Positions 48,011 through 60,724 are shown, numbered from the whole stretch's first letter. The stretch is 63,553 bases of DNA, filler included, from Octopus bimaculoides (GCF_001194135.2; 5 parts of 4 records of this genome joined end to end with filler, not necessarily neighbours in it); one strand, 5' to 3'. Notes: generated by a model from the sequence alone, not told the origin. Numbers and translations are program-made.

Positions 48011-48169
48011 TATATTTGTATCTTTTTGTTCTGTTTTTTTTTTTCCATTTTTGTAACATGGAGGTCCAGTAAAGTTAAATAGGAATTAAAGGGGTCCATA
48101 AGCGAAAAATATGTTTAAGGACCACTGTTTTAGAAAATCACAACCTCCATTAAGATCTTAAATTAGGAC

Positions 48170-48640
48170 TGCTAAGTTACGGGGACGTAAAACACACCAT
48201 CACCGGTTGTCAAGCAGTGGTAGGGGAACAAACTCAAATACAAAGACATACATACATACATACATACATACATACATACATACATACGATAGGCTTCTTT
48301 CAGTTTCCGTCTACCAAATTCACTCACAAAGCTTTGATCGGCCCGAGACTATAGTGGAAGACACTTGCCCAAGGTAGTTGGGAAGCAGACTTCTTATTTC
48401 AAGGGACTAAACATAGAGGGGACAAACAAGGACAGACAAAGGGGTTAAGTCGATTACATCGAGCCCAGTGCGTAACTAGTACTTATTTTATCGACCCCGA
48501 AAGGATGAAAGGCAAAGTCGACCTCGGCGGAATTTGAACTCAGAACGTAGCGGCAGACGAAATACCGCTAAGCATTTCGCCCAGCGTGCTAACGTTTCTA
48601 CCAGCTCGCCGTAAGAAGCAGACTTCTTACCACACAACCA
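48170..48640 (-). mobile_element. SINE family B host with a nested family A insertion
   Basis: The family B body (48170-48396) resumes at 48615, after the insert. Confidence 0.85.
48397..48614 (-). mobile_element. SINE family A inserted in family B with a 15-bp TSD
   Basis: GAAGCAGACTTCTTA occurs at 48382-48396 and at 48615-48629. Confidence 0.92.
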
Positions 48641-49653
48641 GGACTGCGCTTAGATATACGAAGATATAGATATATATACATATATAAATACATATACAGG
48701 TATGCACATTTAGCGGGTATGTGTACATGCGTGTCAATCTTCAGTAACTAAAGAAAATTAAATAAAATACTCCACATATTAATTTTGAAACGGAAAAAGA
48801 CAAGTAAAAAGGAAGAGTTTATTATAAAATGAACTCACCCATTGCGGAGCTATGTACGATCCACAAGCTACGTATTTCTGCAATGTGTTATTGAAACACA
48901 CGGCATAGCATCCACCACACAGAAAAGGCCTGTAATATATCAATTTTCTCAATGAATGAAAATTATATTTGTAGTCAGACATTGCACAAACAATGTGAAA
49001 AACGGTCAGTGAATAAATTTTACACAAATTTAGACAGCTTTTTGAAAAAAAATGTTCTTTACTGAAATTAAGCAAAGCAAAACATACAGTTCCAGCAAAA
49101 TAGCAATTTTACATCAAAGAACTAGAGTTAGACCTGGAAATTTTTGATTAATACTACCATAAGAAAATAAATACTTAAAGAATAAATATCAAGTAGAAAA
49201 TTGATAACGTGTTTCTTTAAAATTCTTAAGGAAAGTACATCTAATAAATGCTGCAACAATATTCATTCAATGAAATAATATTTCAAATTCTACAGTATAT
49301 GTAACATTTTTTCTATACAATCAATAGAAGGAAAAAAAAACAAAAACATCAAAACTCATAGATACTTCGACAAACTTATATACCAGCATGGCTGTTGCAA
49401 ACATCAGAAATTATTATATATATATATATATATATATANNNNNNNNNNNNNNNNNNNNNNNNNNNNNNNNNNNNNNNNNNNNNNNNNNNNNNNNNNNNNN
49501 NNNNNNNNNNNNNNNNNNNNNNNNNNNNNNNNNNNNNNNNNNNNNNNNNNNNNNNNNNNNNNNNNNNNNNNNNNNNNNNNNNNNNNNNNNNNNNNNNNNN
49601 NNNNNNNNNNNNNNNNNNNNNNNNNNNNNNNNNNNNNNNNNNAAAAAAAAACC

Positions 49654-49856
49654 AAGACTGTGCATAATATAGAACATTTATAAAAAGAAGGTTTTACAAC
49701 TTATATCCCTTCATCGGAGACGGTGTGAGAGGATGGTTAAGTAATAGTTAGTTTAGTTAAGATAGGAAATAGAGAGTGAATCTAGGGATATTGTATTTGT
49801 AAATCCATTGTTTAGGCAGAATGGTAAGATAAATGTTCTATATTATACACAGCCTT
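49654..49856 (-). mobile_element. Possible Penelope-like terminal remnant with 27-bp inverted ends
   Basis: Positions 49654-49680 match the reverse complement of 49830-49856 at 25/27. An internal minus-strand CCGAUGAAGGGAUA at 49704-49717 resembles a hammerhead 5' half. Confidence 0.4.
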
Positions 49857-50254
49857 GAATTTTTTTATCTCATTACGAAAAGTAAACCCTTATATTCACA
49901 CGCTGATGTATGACCTACGTTGGACCCCTTATTCGCATAATCACCGAACCTGGAGCTTAACTATGGTCTATCCATAGCACTTACTCAGCATTACCTGAAA
50001 CCTCTGGGTCTAATTGACACCACTATCGCTCATAACCTATATATATATATATATATGCATACACACATACATACACATACATACATACATGCATACATAC
50101 ATACATACATACATACCCACTTCTCTTCACCCCTACTCTTTCTCTCCTCTCTCTTACTCTCTCTCACTCTCTTCTCTCGTACTCCCCCCTCTCTCACTCT
50201 TACTCTCTACNNNNNNNNNNNNNNNNNNNNNNNNNNNNNNNNNNNNNNNNNNNN

Positions 50255-50266
50255 TTAATTAATTAA
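50255..50266. other. Assembly linker TTAATTAATTAA inside a 100-bp gap
   Basis: N44-linker-N44. Confidence 0.9.
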
Positions 50267-50310
50267 NNNNNNNNNNNNNNNNNNNNNNNNNNNNNNNNNN
50301 NNNNNNNNNN

Positions 50311-50362
<52 letters not shown>

Positions 50363-50479
50363 CCCTTACATACGTATATATACATATATACCTATGAATA
50401 AGGAAAGGACAATGGATGGATACTTCAAGAGATTTAAAAATAAGGTCTTCTGAATTCGCACTTTACAACTAATATATCT

Positions 50480-51625
50480 CCCATTTCACCTTTGTAGGGC
50501 TCATCCTCGCACCCACAGTTAACTTTCTAAACTAGTCATTGTAAGAGCTCAACGAGATAGATAGACCAACTCGCAAGTTGCTAGATTTACTAAAAACCTC
50601 AACATCAGTGGAGATGTAAACAGGTTATACTTTAAACGCAAGGATGGTGCTTATGGTCTTAAATCTGTATTGATGTTATATGAAACACGTATTGCGACAC
50701 TGAAGCAGCATCTGTAGCACAGTAGAAATCAGTAACTATCTTACCCAAGATTGTGAGCACGAAAACAACTTCATTAGGATAGCTAATGAACTTGAGGAGA
50801 GGCATAAATAAGAACCGATACAGATCTCTCTTCAAAGAACACTGGCAAATTCTGCCTAAAACAATAACAAAATGAAAAAAGAGTAGACCAGTTCCCTGAG
50901 AAGACCCAAGAGTCGCAAGCCATACAGAGAAGAAACCATATAAAAAGCTTGGCGTGGTGTACCAAGTTTATGATACTCCACTTTGAAGGCTACATCCACG
51001 AAACTCAAGAACAAGAGATCCTCACCAAGTACCTAGAGCATAAAAGGCCAAGAAAAATTGACGGACAACAAATGTAGGCAATGCAAAGCTAAAACTGGAG
51101 ACATCGACCACAATCATTGCCAACTGCAAGAGAATGGCTTCTAGATATTATCTTTTCATGAGATTTGATACCGTGGCCAGAATAATCTGGAACAAAATAA
51201 GTTGAAAAAGAAAATACCAGTAGGCAATTTTGACTTTATTGAGATCGAGAAATAAAAAGAATGTCAGTGAAATTAATTAAAACAAGCATCAGGTTAAAAC
51301 ACAACCAGCCAGATATTGTTGTGTGGGACCAGTGGAATAAAATGCTCTGTTGTAGAAATGAGCAATTCTCTGGGCCCCATTACGATCAAAAAAATACAGG
51401 AGAAAGAGAAAGAGAACGTCTATGGACCATTCGTCAAGAATTTGCAAATCCAGTACCCAAGAAACACTTTCAGTTTTATTCATATTATTGAAGCAACATA
51501 ATATGTTCCATCCCGCCCGGAATAAAGTATGAGAGAGAACGTAACTCCTTAATTCATACGCTACAAATGATCGCGATATCTGGAACAATAAACATTTGCT
51601 GGACCTTCTTCAGGTTTAAAATAAG
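50480..51625 (+). mobile_element. R4/Dong-type non-LTR retrotransposon 3' relic (RT thumb, zinc knuckle, RLE)
   Basis: RLYFKRKDGAYGLKSV, FEGYIHETQEQEILTKY, DNKCRQCKAKTGDIDH..NC (CCHC-like), HNQPDIVVWD (RLE PD motif) and KENVYGPFVKNLQIQYP. It has many stops and frameshifts. Confidence 0.9.
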
Positions 51626-51733
51626 ATGAATAAAACAAGATGGCTTTCTACATAACCATGCTACCAAGTACGTGGTCGACCAAAATTTATTTCAAATTTA
51701 AAAGATAAAAATAAAACATACATAAGTAACATG

Positions 51734-52330
51734 TTGTTGGCACTCCGTCGTTTACGACGTCGAGGGTTCCAGTTGATCCGATCAACGGAACAGCCTGCTC
51801 GTGAAATTAACGTGCAAGTGGCTGAGCACTCCACAGACACGTGTACCCTTAACGTAGTTCTCGGGGATATTCAGCGTGACAAAGTGTGACAAGGCTGACC
51901 CTTTGAATTACAGGCACAACAGAAACAGGAAGTAAGAGTGAGAGAAAGTTGTAGCGGAAGAGTACAGCAGAGTTCGCCACCATCCCCTGCCGGAGCCTCG
52001 TGGAGCTTTAGGTGTTTTCGCTCAATAAACACTCACAANNNNNNNNNNGCAAGTGGCTGAGCACTCCACAGACACGTGTACCCTTAACGTAGTTCTCGGG
52101 GATATTCAGCGTGACAAAGTGTGACAAGGCTGACCCTTTGAATTACAGGCACAACAGAAACAGGAAGTAAGAGTGAGAGAAAGTTGTAGCGGAAGAGTAC
52201 AGCAGAGTTCGCCACCATCCCCTGCCGGAACCTCGTGGAGCTTTAGGTGTTTTCGCTCAATAAACACTCACAACGCTCGGTCTGGGAATCGAAACCGCGA
52301 TCTTATGACCGCGAGTCCGCTGCCCTAACC
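51734..52330 (-). mobile_element. tRNA-derived SINE, family C head with the D-type 3' domain (internal 225 bp duplicated across a 10-N gap)
   Basis: The head is TGGAGGCGCAATGGCCCAGTGGTTAGGGCAGCGGACTCGCGGTCATAAGATCGCGGTTTCGATTCCC. The 3' domain GGGTACACGTGTCTGTGGAGTGCTCAGCCACTTGCACGTTAATTTCACGAGC is shared with 22480-22783. Confidence 0.92.
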
Positions 52331-52800
52331 ACTGGGCCATTGCGCCTCCACATAAGTAACATATATGCATATATAAGCGTGCGAGCTTGAGTGTCTCTGT
52401 AAGTGCGCATGCGCGCGTGCGAGCTTGCGTGTCTCTGTAAGTGCGCATGCGTGCTTGCGTGTGTGTGTAAATTCATCATTAGTGTTTTATACAGTCCAAT
52501 GAAATATTATAGTGTGATAATGGGAGGCAAACAGCCAGGTGCACATTTTTCACTCTGTAATTACACTGAGAAATGTGTTCTTGCTATTTTCAATTTATTT
52601 AATGAACTGCAGTTACGCCTTATATAAATATCCAACTTGAGGGGGAAGGAACTTCTATCTACCGCTCATCTACCCACCAACCATTCACTGAACTATGCAA
52701 TGAACTCCATGCATTAAATTTATGTAAAGAGAGGTACCCAGTGTTGACCAGGTGCCGAATATTGAAACGTTGTTGTTGTTGTTGTTGTTGTAGCCGTTGT

Positions 52801-52855
<55 letters not shown>

Positions 52856-52959
52856 ATTGTAGTTGCTGTTGTTTTTCTTTGTGCAGCTGAAATTACTTAA
52901 TTTATAGCAAATTTTTAATGCATGCTATTATATTTACATATATTTTGTATTTCGAATCG

Positions 52960-53185
52960 AGGGGAGTGAACGATGTAATCGCAGAGTACCGGAAGCACAA
53001 GTTCCACTGGGCCGAACATGTCGCAAAGTTCACAGACAACACAGTTGCTGGGTGGTATCCAAGAAATCGGAAAAGGCTACTTGGAAGGCATCCATGATGA
53101 TTTCCTCAAACAGTTTTGGGTCAAGATGGAAAAGAATGGTGATCAAGAAAAAATTGGAAGCGTATTGTGACCAGCGATTTTTAAC
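52960..53185 (+). mobile_element. RTE-clade LINE 3' end
   Basis: KHKFHWAEHVAKFTDN...GWYPRNRKRLLGR...FGSRWKR, matching the RTE pattern W.GHVAR..DNRW....W.PR..KR..GRP. Confidence 0.75.
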
Positions 53186-53559
53186 AATACTGTGATATTG
53201 TGATATTTTGTATTGCAATGCAGTTAAATGTCTATGGTTGTATTTTACTCAGTTTCTATGAAGTTTATACTGAGATTTTGTGCTTAGAGATAATTCTAAT
53301 TTGCTAACATAAGAAAATCATATTTTTATGTTTTGATTTTCTATATCTTCTTGTAAGTGTATCTTAATCTGCAGCACGTAAAACAGAAGTAGTTTCAACG
53401 AAAATGTGCTTTATACGGAATGAGTTCTATGATAACTACTGCTAGTGGTACTCATGAAGATTGTGGGGGTGATATCGACAGCTATTTGGTCTAGCAAATA
53501 CCACCCCAGGAAAGAGACCCTCATTTTGATTAGAGGCGGAAACAAGTCCAGTTCGCAGA

Positions 53560-54490
53560 AACTTCAACCATTCTGTCTACTTTCCACAGCACCTGACGAG
53601 CAGCTGAGTTATTGAGTCCCACCATCCTGTGCAGACTTCTTGGAGGAGATGCTGTTGCTCTTTTCCTTTGGCTCTTCCAAGAAGGCGAGTTGGAAAGTAT
53701 CCCAAACCTGAATGCCTATAGCTAGAGTCCCAGCAGGAGTCTTCTGACTCAACTCTTCTGTTCTGTGGTTTCGTGCATTAATGAAAATATGCCTGCTTGA
53801 CTCAAGACGTGGACATACAACAGGGAGCTGACCATGAGAGAAACATGGATTTGTCAGTTCAACTCTTAACAAACCTGTGGATCCAATTCTATGCTTTACT
53901 TATTCTGAAAAAGACAGTTTCATTGAAAATTGAAAGCGTTTGAACTGAAATCACATACTTGATGGGATGCGGCGAGAAATCCGTGGAAAGGAAACAATTC
54001 TTTGGGTACAAACAATCATAATGATTACTTCGATAGCGTGCAGGCACGAGAGTTCTGAGAGTTAGTATTCTACGTTTACGGAGTTTTGGTGCATTCAAAT
54101 TTTGTAGCAACATAATAGGTGGTCCCACTTTGAGTTACAGATTGTGAGGAAAGAGAGCACTGAACTGGAGAAAATTGAAAAATTCTATTGGAGTGTTGGC
54201 AGACTCACTAGCATCAACTATAGTGTGAATTGACTGATATTTCTCCTCTCAGTGTCAACAGATACCTGAAGTTTGCCCCCATTTGGAGTAAAATTTTAGC
54301 AAATGAATTTTTACGTGCTGAGTCTTCAAGAAGGAACAGTTTCCTTGCAAATGTTCCGAGACTGTTGTCGCTCAACACCTACAGAAAATACCTGAGCAGG
54401 GAGAAACATTCCGGAAAACCGATGTTCTGGAAAGACAGGACTGAACTTAGGGATTAGTGCGGGGCTGGAAGAAAAAGAGCTTGGGCACAA
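53560..54490 (+). mobile_element. Possible highly decayed CR1/L2-type reverse transcriptase relic
   Basis: Ordered weak motifs: SWKVSQT*MPI (cf. WK.A.V.PI), HGFVSS-TLTNL (cf. QHGF..RSTLTNL), LKIES, ILWVQ and EEKELG (cf. EEKDLG). No intact YxDD/FADD motif was found. Confidence 0.4.
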
Positions 54491-54493
54491 CAT

Positions 54494-54611
54494 GGGAGAC
54501 AAGAGGAAGAGAGACAAGAGGAAGAGAGACAAGAGGAAGAGAGACAAGAGGAAGAGAGACAAGAGGAAGAGAGACAAGAGGAAGAGAGACAAGAGGAAGA
54601 GAGACAAGAGG
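54494..54611. repeat. 15-bp minisatellite (GAGAGACAAGAGGAA), about 8 units, running into a gap
   Basis: Direct reading. Confidence 0.95.
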
Positions 54612-54779
54612 NNNNNNNNNNNNNNNNNNNNNNNNNNNNNNNNNNNNNNNNNNNNNNNNNNNNNNNNNNNNNNNNNNNNNNNNNNNNNNNNNNNNNNNNN
54701 NNNNNNNNNNNNNNNNNNNNNAGCAATAAGAATAAGAATATATATGTGTGTGTGTGTGTGTGTATGTGTGTGTGTATGT

Positions 54780-55165
54780 TTGTGTGTCTGTGTTTGTCCC
54801 GCCAACATCGCTTGATAACCGATGCTGGTGTGTTTATGTCCCCGTAACTTAGCGGTTCGGCAAAATAGTCCGATAGAATAAGTACCAGGCTTACAAAGAA
54901 TGAATCCTGGGGTCGATTTGCTCGACTAAAGGCGGTGCTCCAGCATGGCCACAGTCGAATGACTGAAAGAAGTAAAAGAGTATATGCGTGTCTTTACCTT
55001 TATACATCCATTTATATAATTGATGTTGGAGAGATTACATCCCTGTAATTTAGCGGTTCGGCAAAAAAAAAAGAAACATGTACCAGACATTAAAAAGTAA
55101 GTACTGGTGTGATTTGCTTCACTAAACGCTTCAAGGCAATGCCCCAGCATGGCCTTAGCCTTTGG
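54780..55165 (+). mobile_element. SINE family B 3' half followed by a second diverged 3' fragment
   Basis: CAACATCGCTTGATAACCGATGCTGG...GACTAAAGGCGGTGCTCCAGCATGGCC, repeated partially from ~55035. Confidence 0.85.
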
Positions 55166-55206
55166 TTGAAATCAATAAAACAATTAATCAATAAAACAAC
55201 AAAGCA

Positions 55207-55242
<36 letters not shown>

Positions 55243-55289
55243 GTAGATATGGATAAAAGATACATATGAATTTATATTGTATTCTGGTA

Positions 55290-55510
55290 AGACGACGAGC
55301 TGGCAGAAACGTTAGCACCCCAGGCAAAATGCTTAGCGGTATTCCGTCTGTCTTTATGTTCTGAGTTCAAATTCCGCCGACGTCGACTTGGCCTTTCATC
55401 CTTTCGGAGTCGATAAATTAAGTACCAGTTGCGTACTGGTGCCAATCTAATCGACTGGCCCCCCCTCCCCACCAAAAAATTTCGGACCTTGTGCCTTGAG
55501 TAGAAAAGAA
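55290..55510 (+). mobile_element. SINE family A
   Basis: GACGACGAGCTGGCAGAAACGTTAGCAC...GCCTTTCATCCTTTCGGAGTCGATAAATTAAGTACCAG. Confidence 0.92.
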
Positions 55511-57354
55511 TATTGTATTCCGGGTATAATCGGGGGAAAAAAAAAAGTTACGGTCTAAGGGAAATAACTGTGAGCAAGTAATATACAGCAAGTTGCTTCC
55601 CTTGTGCCACTCGCTGGGCGAAAACTTTCAACCATAACTTCGACGCCATGATTTGGATTAAGTTGCTTATGCGTCATATTAATGTATATACACAAATACA
55701 CACTTATATAGGGATATATATATATATCTATATATATATACTAACTTGCATTGAAGTGATAGCCTACCAATATTGTTTTGGTTGTGGCGTCGAAAACGCA
55801 TCAAAATCATATAAATAAAAGAGCAGATCACAAAATAAATTTAACGGTCTATGGGACATAACTCGTGCATACTCACAGACATTGTTTGTGTTTATAGGCG
55901 TTGGTTATTTCCCTTTGACTGTACCCTTATTTTTGCTTTTACGTCAGCAATTTCGCTATTTGGGGGTTGCTGCTTTGCATTTTGTTGCATGTGAAATTGT
56001 TCTGTAATTTAACTGATGACCTTATTTGACAGTTGCACTATGTAATTAAATTTCTAAATAAGCTTTACAATTCTCTGTTTAGAAAACATGTATTTAGCTT
56101 CGTTATGAAAATAAACAATAACGCTTTTGTCTTAAATTTCTATTAACATTTATTAAGACTGGGAGAGTTTTCTTCTTTGGAGCAGATCGACCGAAATGGA
56201 AAACATTTCATTGAAAACACTAAGCGTGATTGACCGTGGTGCTATGCTATTATTTAGTGGTATTATATACTAAATCAGCCGCATGTTGCTGATAAAATTT
56301 ACAAAAACTGACCGTCATATATTTTAGCTTCCTTGTTAAACTGAACGTTTGAATATAGGCATGTGTATGCATGTGCCTGTGTGTGTGTGCGCGCGCGCGC
56401 GTGTAATAGTAAATTTTCTTCTTCTTCCTCTTTCTTTCGCGCTCTTCTTCTCTCTCTTTTTACCAGCCTTCTTTCTGATTCTCCCTCTCTTTCTCACTAT
56501 CTCTTTTTCTCCTTTTCTCTCCCTCCCTCTCTATCTATCTCAATCTCTTTACCTTTCATTCTCTGTCTCTCTTCTTTTCCCGCTTTATCCCTCTCTTGTT
56601 CATACTCCATCACTTTCCTTTCCACTCTCTTTCCCTTTTTCTCTCATTTTTCATTCTCTTTCTCTTTCTCCTCTTCGTCTCTTTCTATCTCTCTCTTGCT
56701 TTCACACGTACTGGTAGTGACTGAGTCTATGAAAGAAAAGAGTTATTTCCCTTGTAGCATTAGTTACCCTTATTGAATTTAACTTAAAACTGAAGTTTCT
56801 CTTCAATTAACATTAATCGATATTTTTCCCTTTTCAATGTTTCCATTGTTCGTATAGATAAGATATGAGCTTCTAACCTCCCTGCAGCCTTCCAGTACTG
56901 TTCCACCCCCAATATTTTGCTTGGCTGTTATTATTTTTGTTTAATTACAATCAGTTTCTATCTAATCTTGGGGGTTGGTGGGGTTGTATTAACCTAAACA
57001 CTAAAATTTAAAATAAGATTTGTCTGGGCTAATTTATTTCCTATGATATNNNNNNNNNNNNNNNNNNNNNNNNNNNNNNNNNNNNNNNNNNNNNNNNNNN
57101 NNNNNNNNNNNNNNNNNNNNNNNNNNNNNNNNNNNNNNNNNNNNNNNNNNNNNNNNNNNNNNNNNNNNNNNNNNNNNNNNNNNNNNNNNNNNNNNNNNNN
57201 NNNNNNNNNNNNNNNNNNNNNNNNNNNNNNNNNNNNNNNNNNNNNNNNNNNNNNNNNNNNNNNNNNNNNNNNNNNNNNNNNNNNNNNNNNNNNNNNNNNN
57301 NNNNNNNNNNNNNNNNNNNNNNNNNNNNNNNNNNNNNNNNNNNNNNNNNNNNNN

Positions 57355-57385
<31 letters not shown>

Positions 57386-57454
57386 AGAAAAGGTAAGACA
57401 ACAAAAGAAAGAAAAAGATCTCGATATTATGTAAATAGAGGAATTTATCTGTAA

Positions 57455-58042
57455 TATAATATGTGACAATTATTTGGTAGCCATGATAAAACTTCGAGTT
57501 TCGGATGTCAGGGCAGAAGGCCATGCCGCCATCTCTTCAGTTATCTGGCCATCGAAAAAATGCTATGGAAATGACCGTTAAACAAAGGAAAATTACTGTG
57601 TGATTGACCATTGACCGTTATTAAAACAAAAGAGCTATTAGAATGACCATTAAGTGAGGGGGGGGAGTAAAGGTAAGAAAGTAAAAATGTCCATAGTATT
57701 CACGTAAGCACACCAGTTCATACATATATATGCGTGCCCGCACACTCATGCATGTATGAGTATGGACTGGTGCGCTTATGTGAATACTATAGGCACATGT
57801 ACGTAGGTGTGCATGGTGCGCATGTGTATGCATCAACTGGTGCGCTTACGCGAATACTATGGACATTTTTACTCTCTCCCCTCACTTAACAGTCAATCAC
57901 ACAGTAATTTTCCATTGTTTAATGGTCATTTCCATAGCATTTTTTCGATGGCCAGATAACTTAAGAGATGGCGGCGTGGCCTTCCGCCCCAACATCCGAA
58001 ACTCAGAGTTTTATCATGGCTACCGAATAATTGTTACATATT

Positions 58043-58045
<3 letters not shown>
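57455..58045. mobile_element. Long-TIR palindromic MITE-like element, about 590 bp
   Basis: The left arm (57455-57718) is the reverse complement of the right arm (57835-58045), apart from two indels. The termini are TATAATATGT(G/A)ACAATT. Confidence 0.9.
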
Positions 58046-58089
<44 letters not shown>

Positions 58090-58602
58090 NNNNNNNNNNN
58101 NNNNNNNNNNNNNNNNNNNNNNNNNNNNNNNNNNNNNNNNNNNNNNNNNNNNNNNNNNNNNNNNNNNNNNNNNNNNNNNNNNNNNNNNNNNNNNNNNNNN
58201 NNNNNNNNNNNNNNNNNNNNNNNNNNNNNNNNNNNNNNNNNNNNNNNNNNNNNNNNNNNNNNNNNNNNNNNNNNNNNNNNNNNNNNNNNNNNNNNNNNNN
58301 NNNNNNNNNNNNNNNNNNNNNNNNNNNNNNNNNNNNNNNNNNNNNNNNNNNNNNNNNNNNNNNNNNNNNNNNNNNNNNNNNNNNNNNNNNNNNNNNNNNN
58401 NNNNNNNNNNNNNNNNNNNNNNNNNNNNNNNNNNNNNNNNNNNNNNNNNNNNNNNNNNNNNNNNNNNNNNNNNNNNNNNNNNNNNNNNNNNNNNNNNNNN
58501 NNNNNNNNNNNNNNNNNNNNNNNNNNNNNNNNNNNNNNNNNNNNNNNNNNNNNNNNNNNNNNNNNNNNNNNNNNNNNNNNNNNNNNNNNNNNNNNNNNNN
58601 NN

Positions 58603-58645
<43 letters not shown>

Positions 58646-58697
58646 ACTCTCCCATTGATTTCAATATATGAGGACCAGATAACGTACTTCTTCTTTG

Positions 58698-58970
58698 TCA
58701 GTCATAATGCTTATGTCGAATGTGACATTTAAGTCCCACCAACGATTTACAAAGAAACCCACAGATCTTGCAAATATGAGGTTTACAGGTCAGAGCAGGT
58801 GGTATATTTGCAACCACTTTTCTCCTTTGCCTAAGTGTGTTAATGCTGGCTGCAACAAAGTTTCTAATACCATTTTAACACAATGATCTCCATTTTGTTC
58901 GCCACAAGACTGATCGCTTAAAGGCGTTGTGAGCTATCTTCACTGCTAAGAGGTTACTCTTCAGCTTGTC
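58698..58970 (-). mobile_element. RTE-clade LINE 3' end with a C-terminal C2H2-like zinc finger
   Basis: DKLKSNLL...RTKWRSLC*NGIRNF...CKICGFLCKSLVGLKCHIRHKHYD*. Confidence 0.8.
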
Positions 58971-58995
58971 CTTATATCTGTCTGTCTATCTGTCG

Positions 58996-59029
<34 letters not shown>

Positions 59030-59039
59030 NNNNNNNNNN

Positions 59040-59105
<66 letters not shown>

Positions 59106-59464
59106 TGTAAGGTCCAGGGAGCGAAGTGCAGGAAGAAAGTTAGCTTCAAGCAATCTGTAGTAAATATAATATAACAACTTTCAAAGACAATAGTGGTTTA
59201 TTGAGATGGAAGGTTGTGAATTTTTTTGTATGGAAGTACAATAAACTGAAAAACTTTTTATATTTCAAGGTAGGTGACTAGGGTCGCTGGGTGTGTGAAT
59301 AAGGAATGGAGTAGATAAGATCCGGGCTACATATGTTTCATAGTGAGTGAAAACTCAGAACCTCAGAAGTGATAAATATCCAAGTGAGGTGCATATTGCA
59401 GGCTACTTTTCAAGCCAAGGATTTCTTGATTAGATGAAAGTTTATATATATATATACTCTTTAC

Positions 59465-59750
59465 TCTCTCTCTCTTTTACTTGTTTCAGTCATTTGACTG
59501 CAGCCATGGTCTCTTTTGCTGAACCGCTAAGTTACGGGGACATAAACACACCAGCATCGGTTATCAAGCAATGTTGGGGGGACAAACACAAACATACACA
59601 CACATATATATACATATACATGACAGGCTTCTTTCAGTTTCCATCTACCAAATCCACTCACAAGGCTTTGGTCAGCCCGAGGCTATAGTAGAAAACACTT
59701 GCCCAAAGTGTCACGCAGTGGGACTGAACCCGGAACCATGTGGCCTTGGG
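59465..59750 (-). mobile_element. SINE family B (5' end of head missing)
   Basis: Reverse complement of the family B 3' half and of GGTTCCGGGTTCAGTCCCACTGCGTGACACTTTGGGCAAG. Confidence 0.88.
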
Positions 59751-59855
59751 GCTAAGGAGATGAGAATAGTGGATTATGTATAGAAAATGTCTTGAAGGAT
59801 ACACACACACATACACAAACACACACATATGTGATGGACTTCTTTTAGATGAAAG

Positions 59856-59896
<41 letters not shown>

Positions 59897-59904
59897 GTGA
59901 TGGA

Positions 59905-60045
59905 CTTCTTATAGTTTCCATCTACCAAATCCACTCGCAAGGCTTTTGTTAACCAAGGGCCATAGCAGAAGACACTTGCTTAAGGATTGAACTGAAAAAC
60001 TATGACTGGGAAGCAAACTCCTTACCATATAACCATACTGCACCT
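59905..60045 (-). mobile_element. SINE family B 5' half (diverged)
   Basis: AGTTTCCATCTACCAAATCCACTCGCAAGGC...GGGAAGCAAACTCCTTACCA. Confidence 0.8.
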
Positions 60046-60564
60046 ATCCACACATCCACATCTGCAGTTATGCATAAACAAATTAAGTGCAGAAGCTTGA
60101 CACATTTCATCATTTGCTGTTTCTGTGGTGGTTTTACTTTTGACTTGTTTCGCTATGTTAGTTAGATAGTAAACAACATTGACTGATATGATCTTACTGG
60201 CACACTTATGAAATGTAATACATATTTAATGTATTGTCACTATCCTACAAAAATGTATCATTATTATAGTGATTTAAACTTTTCATCACACATCAGTTAA
60301 CTTGGACAATAGATGGCCACAAGAAATGGATAACATTTAGTTCTCATGTATAATGTACAGCTATACATTTTAAGCTTAAAAATGTAGAAATGAAGTGCAT
60401 ATTGTACATAGATAAATATGGTGCATGCATCTAAGGATTCCTTTTCATGAGGTGTTGGCCAACATAAGGTTATAATATAAGACACCTACTAAAGTTCTGG
60501 ACAGTGGAACTGAACCTGGAACCATGTGGTTCTAAAACAATTTCTTAACTACATAGTCAAATCT

Positions 60565-60598
<34 letters not shown>

Positions 60599-60688
60599 GT
60601 ATAGGCATTCATGCATACATACACACATATATATATTATATATCCATGTGTGTAGGTATGCATGTGTGTATATGTGGGCATGTATGCA

Positions 60689-60724
<36 letters not shown>

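Noticed and set aside
48050-48130. hAT-like right end (TTTAAGGACCACTG)
   Set aside because: No left TIR or TSD was found, so it is too fragmentary to call.
52255-52330. tRNA-Arg-like sequence, also at 255-330 and 22715-22783
   Set aside because: There is no complete cloverleaf or acceptor stem and each continues into a multi-copy SINE body, so these are SINE heads rather than tRNA genes.
54457-54729. RGRET/DKRKR repeat ORFs
   Set aside because: These are translations of a 15-bp minisatellite running into a gap.
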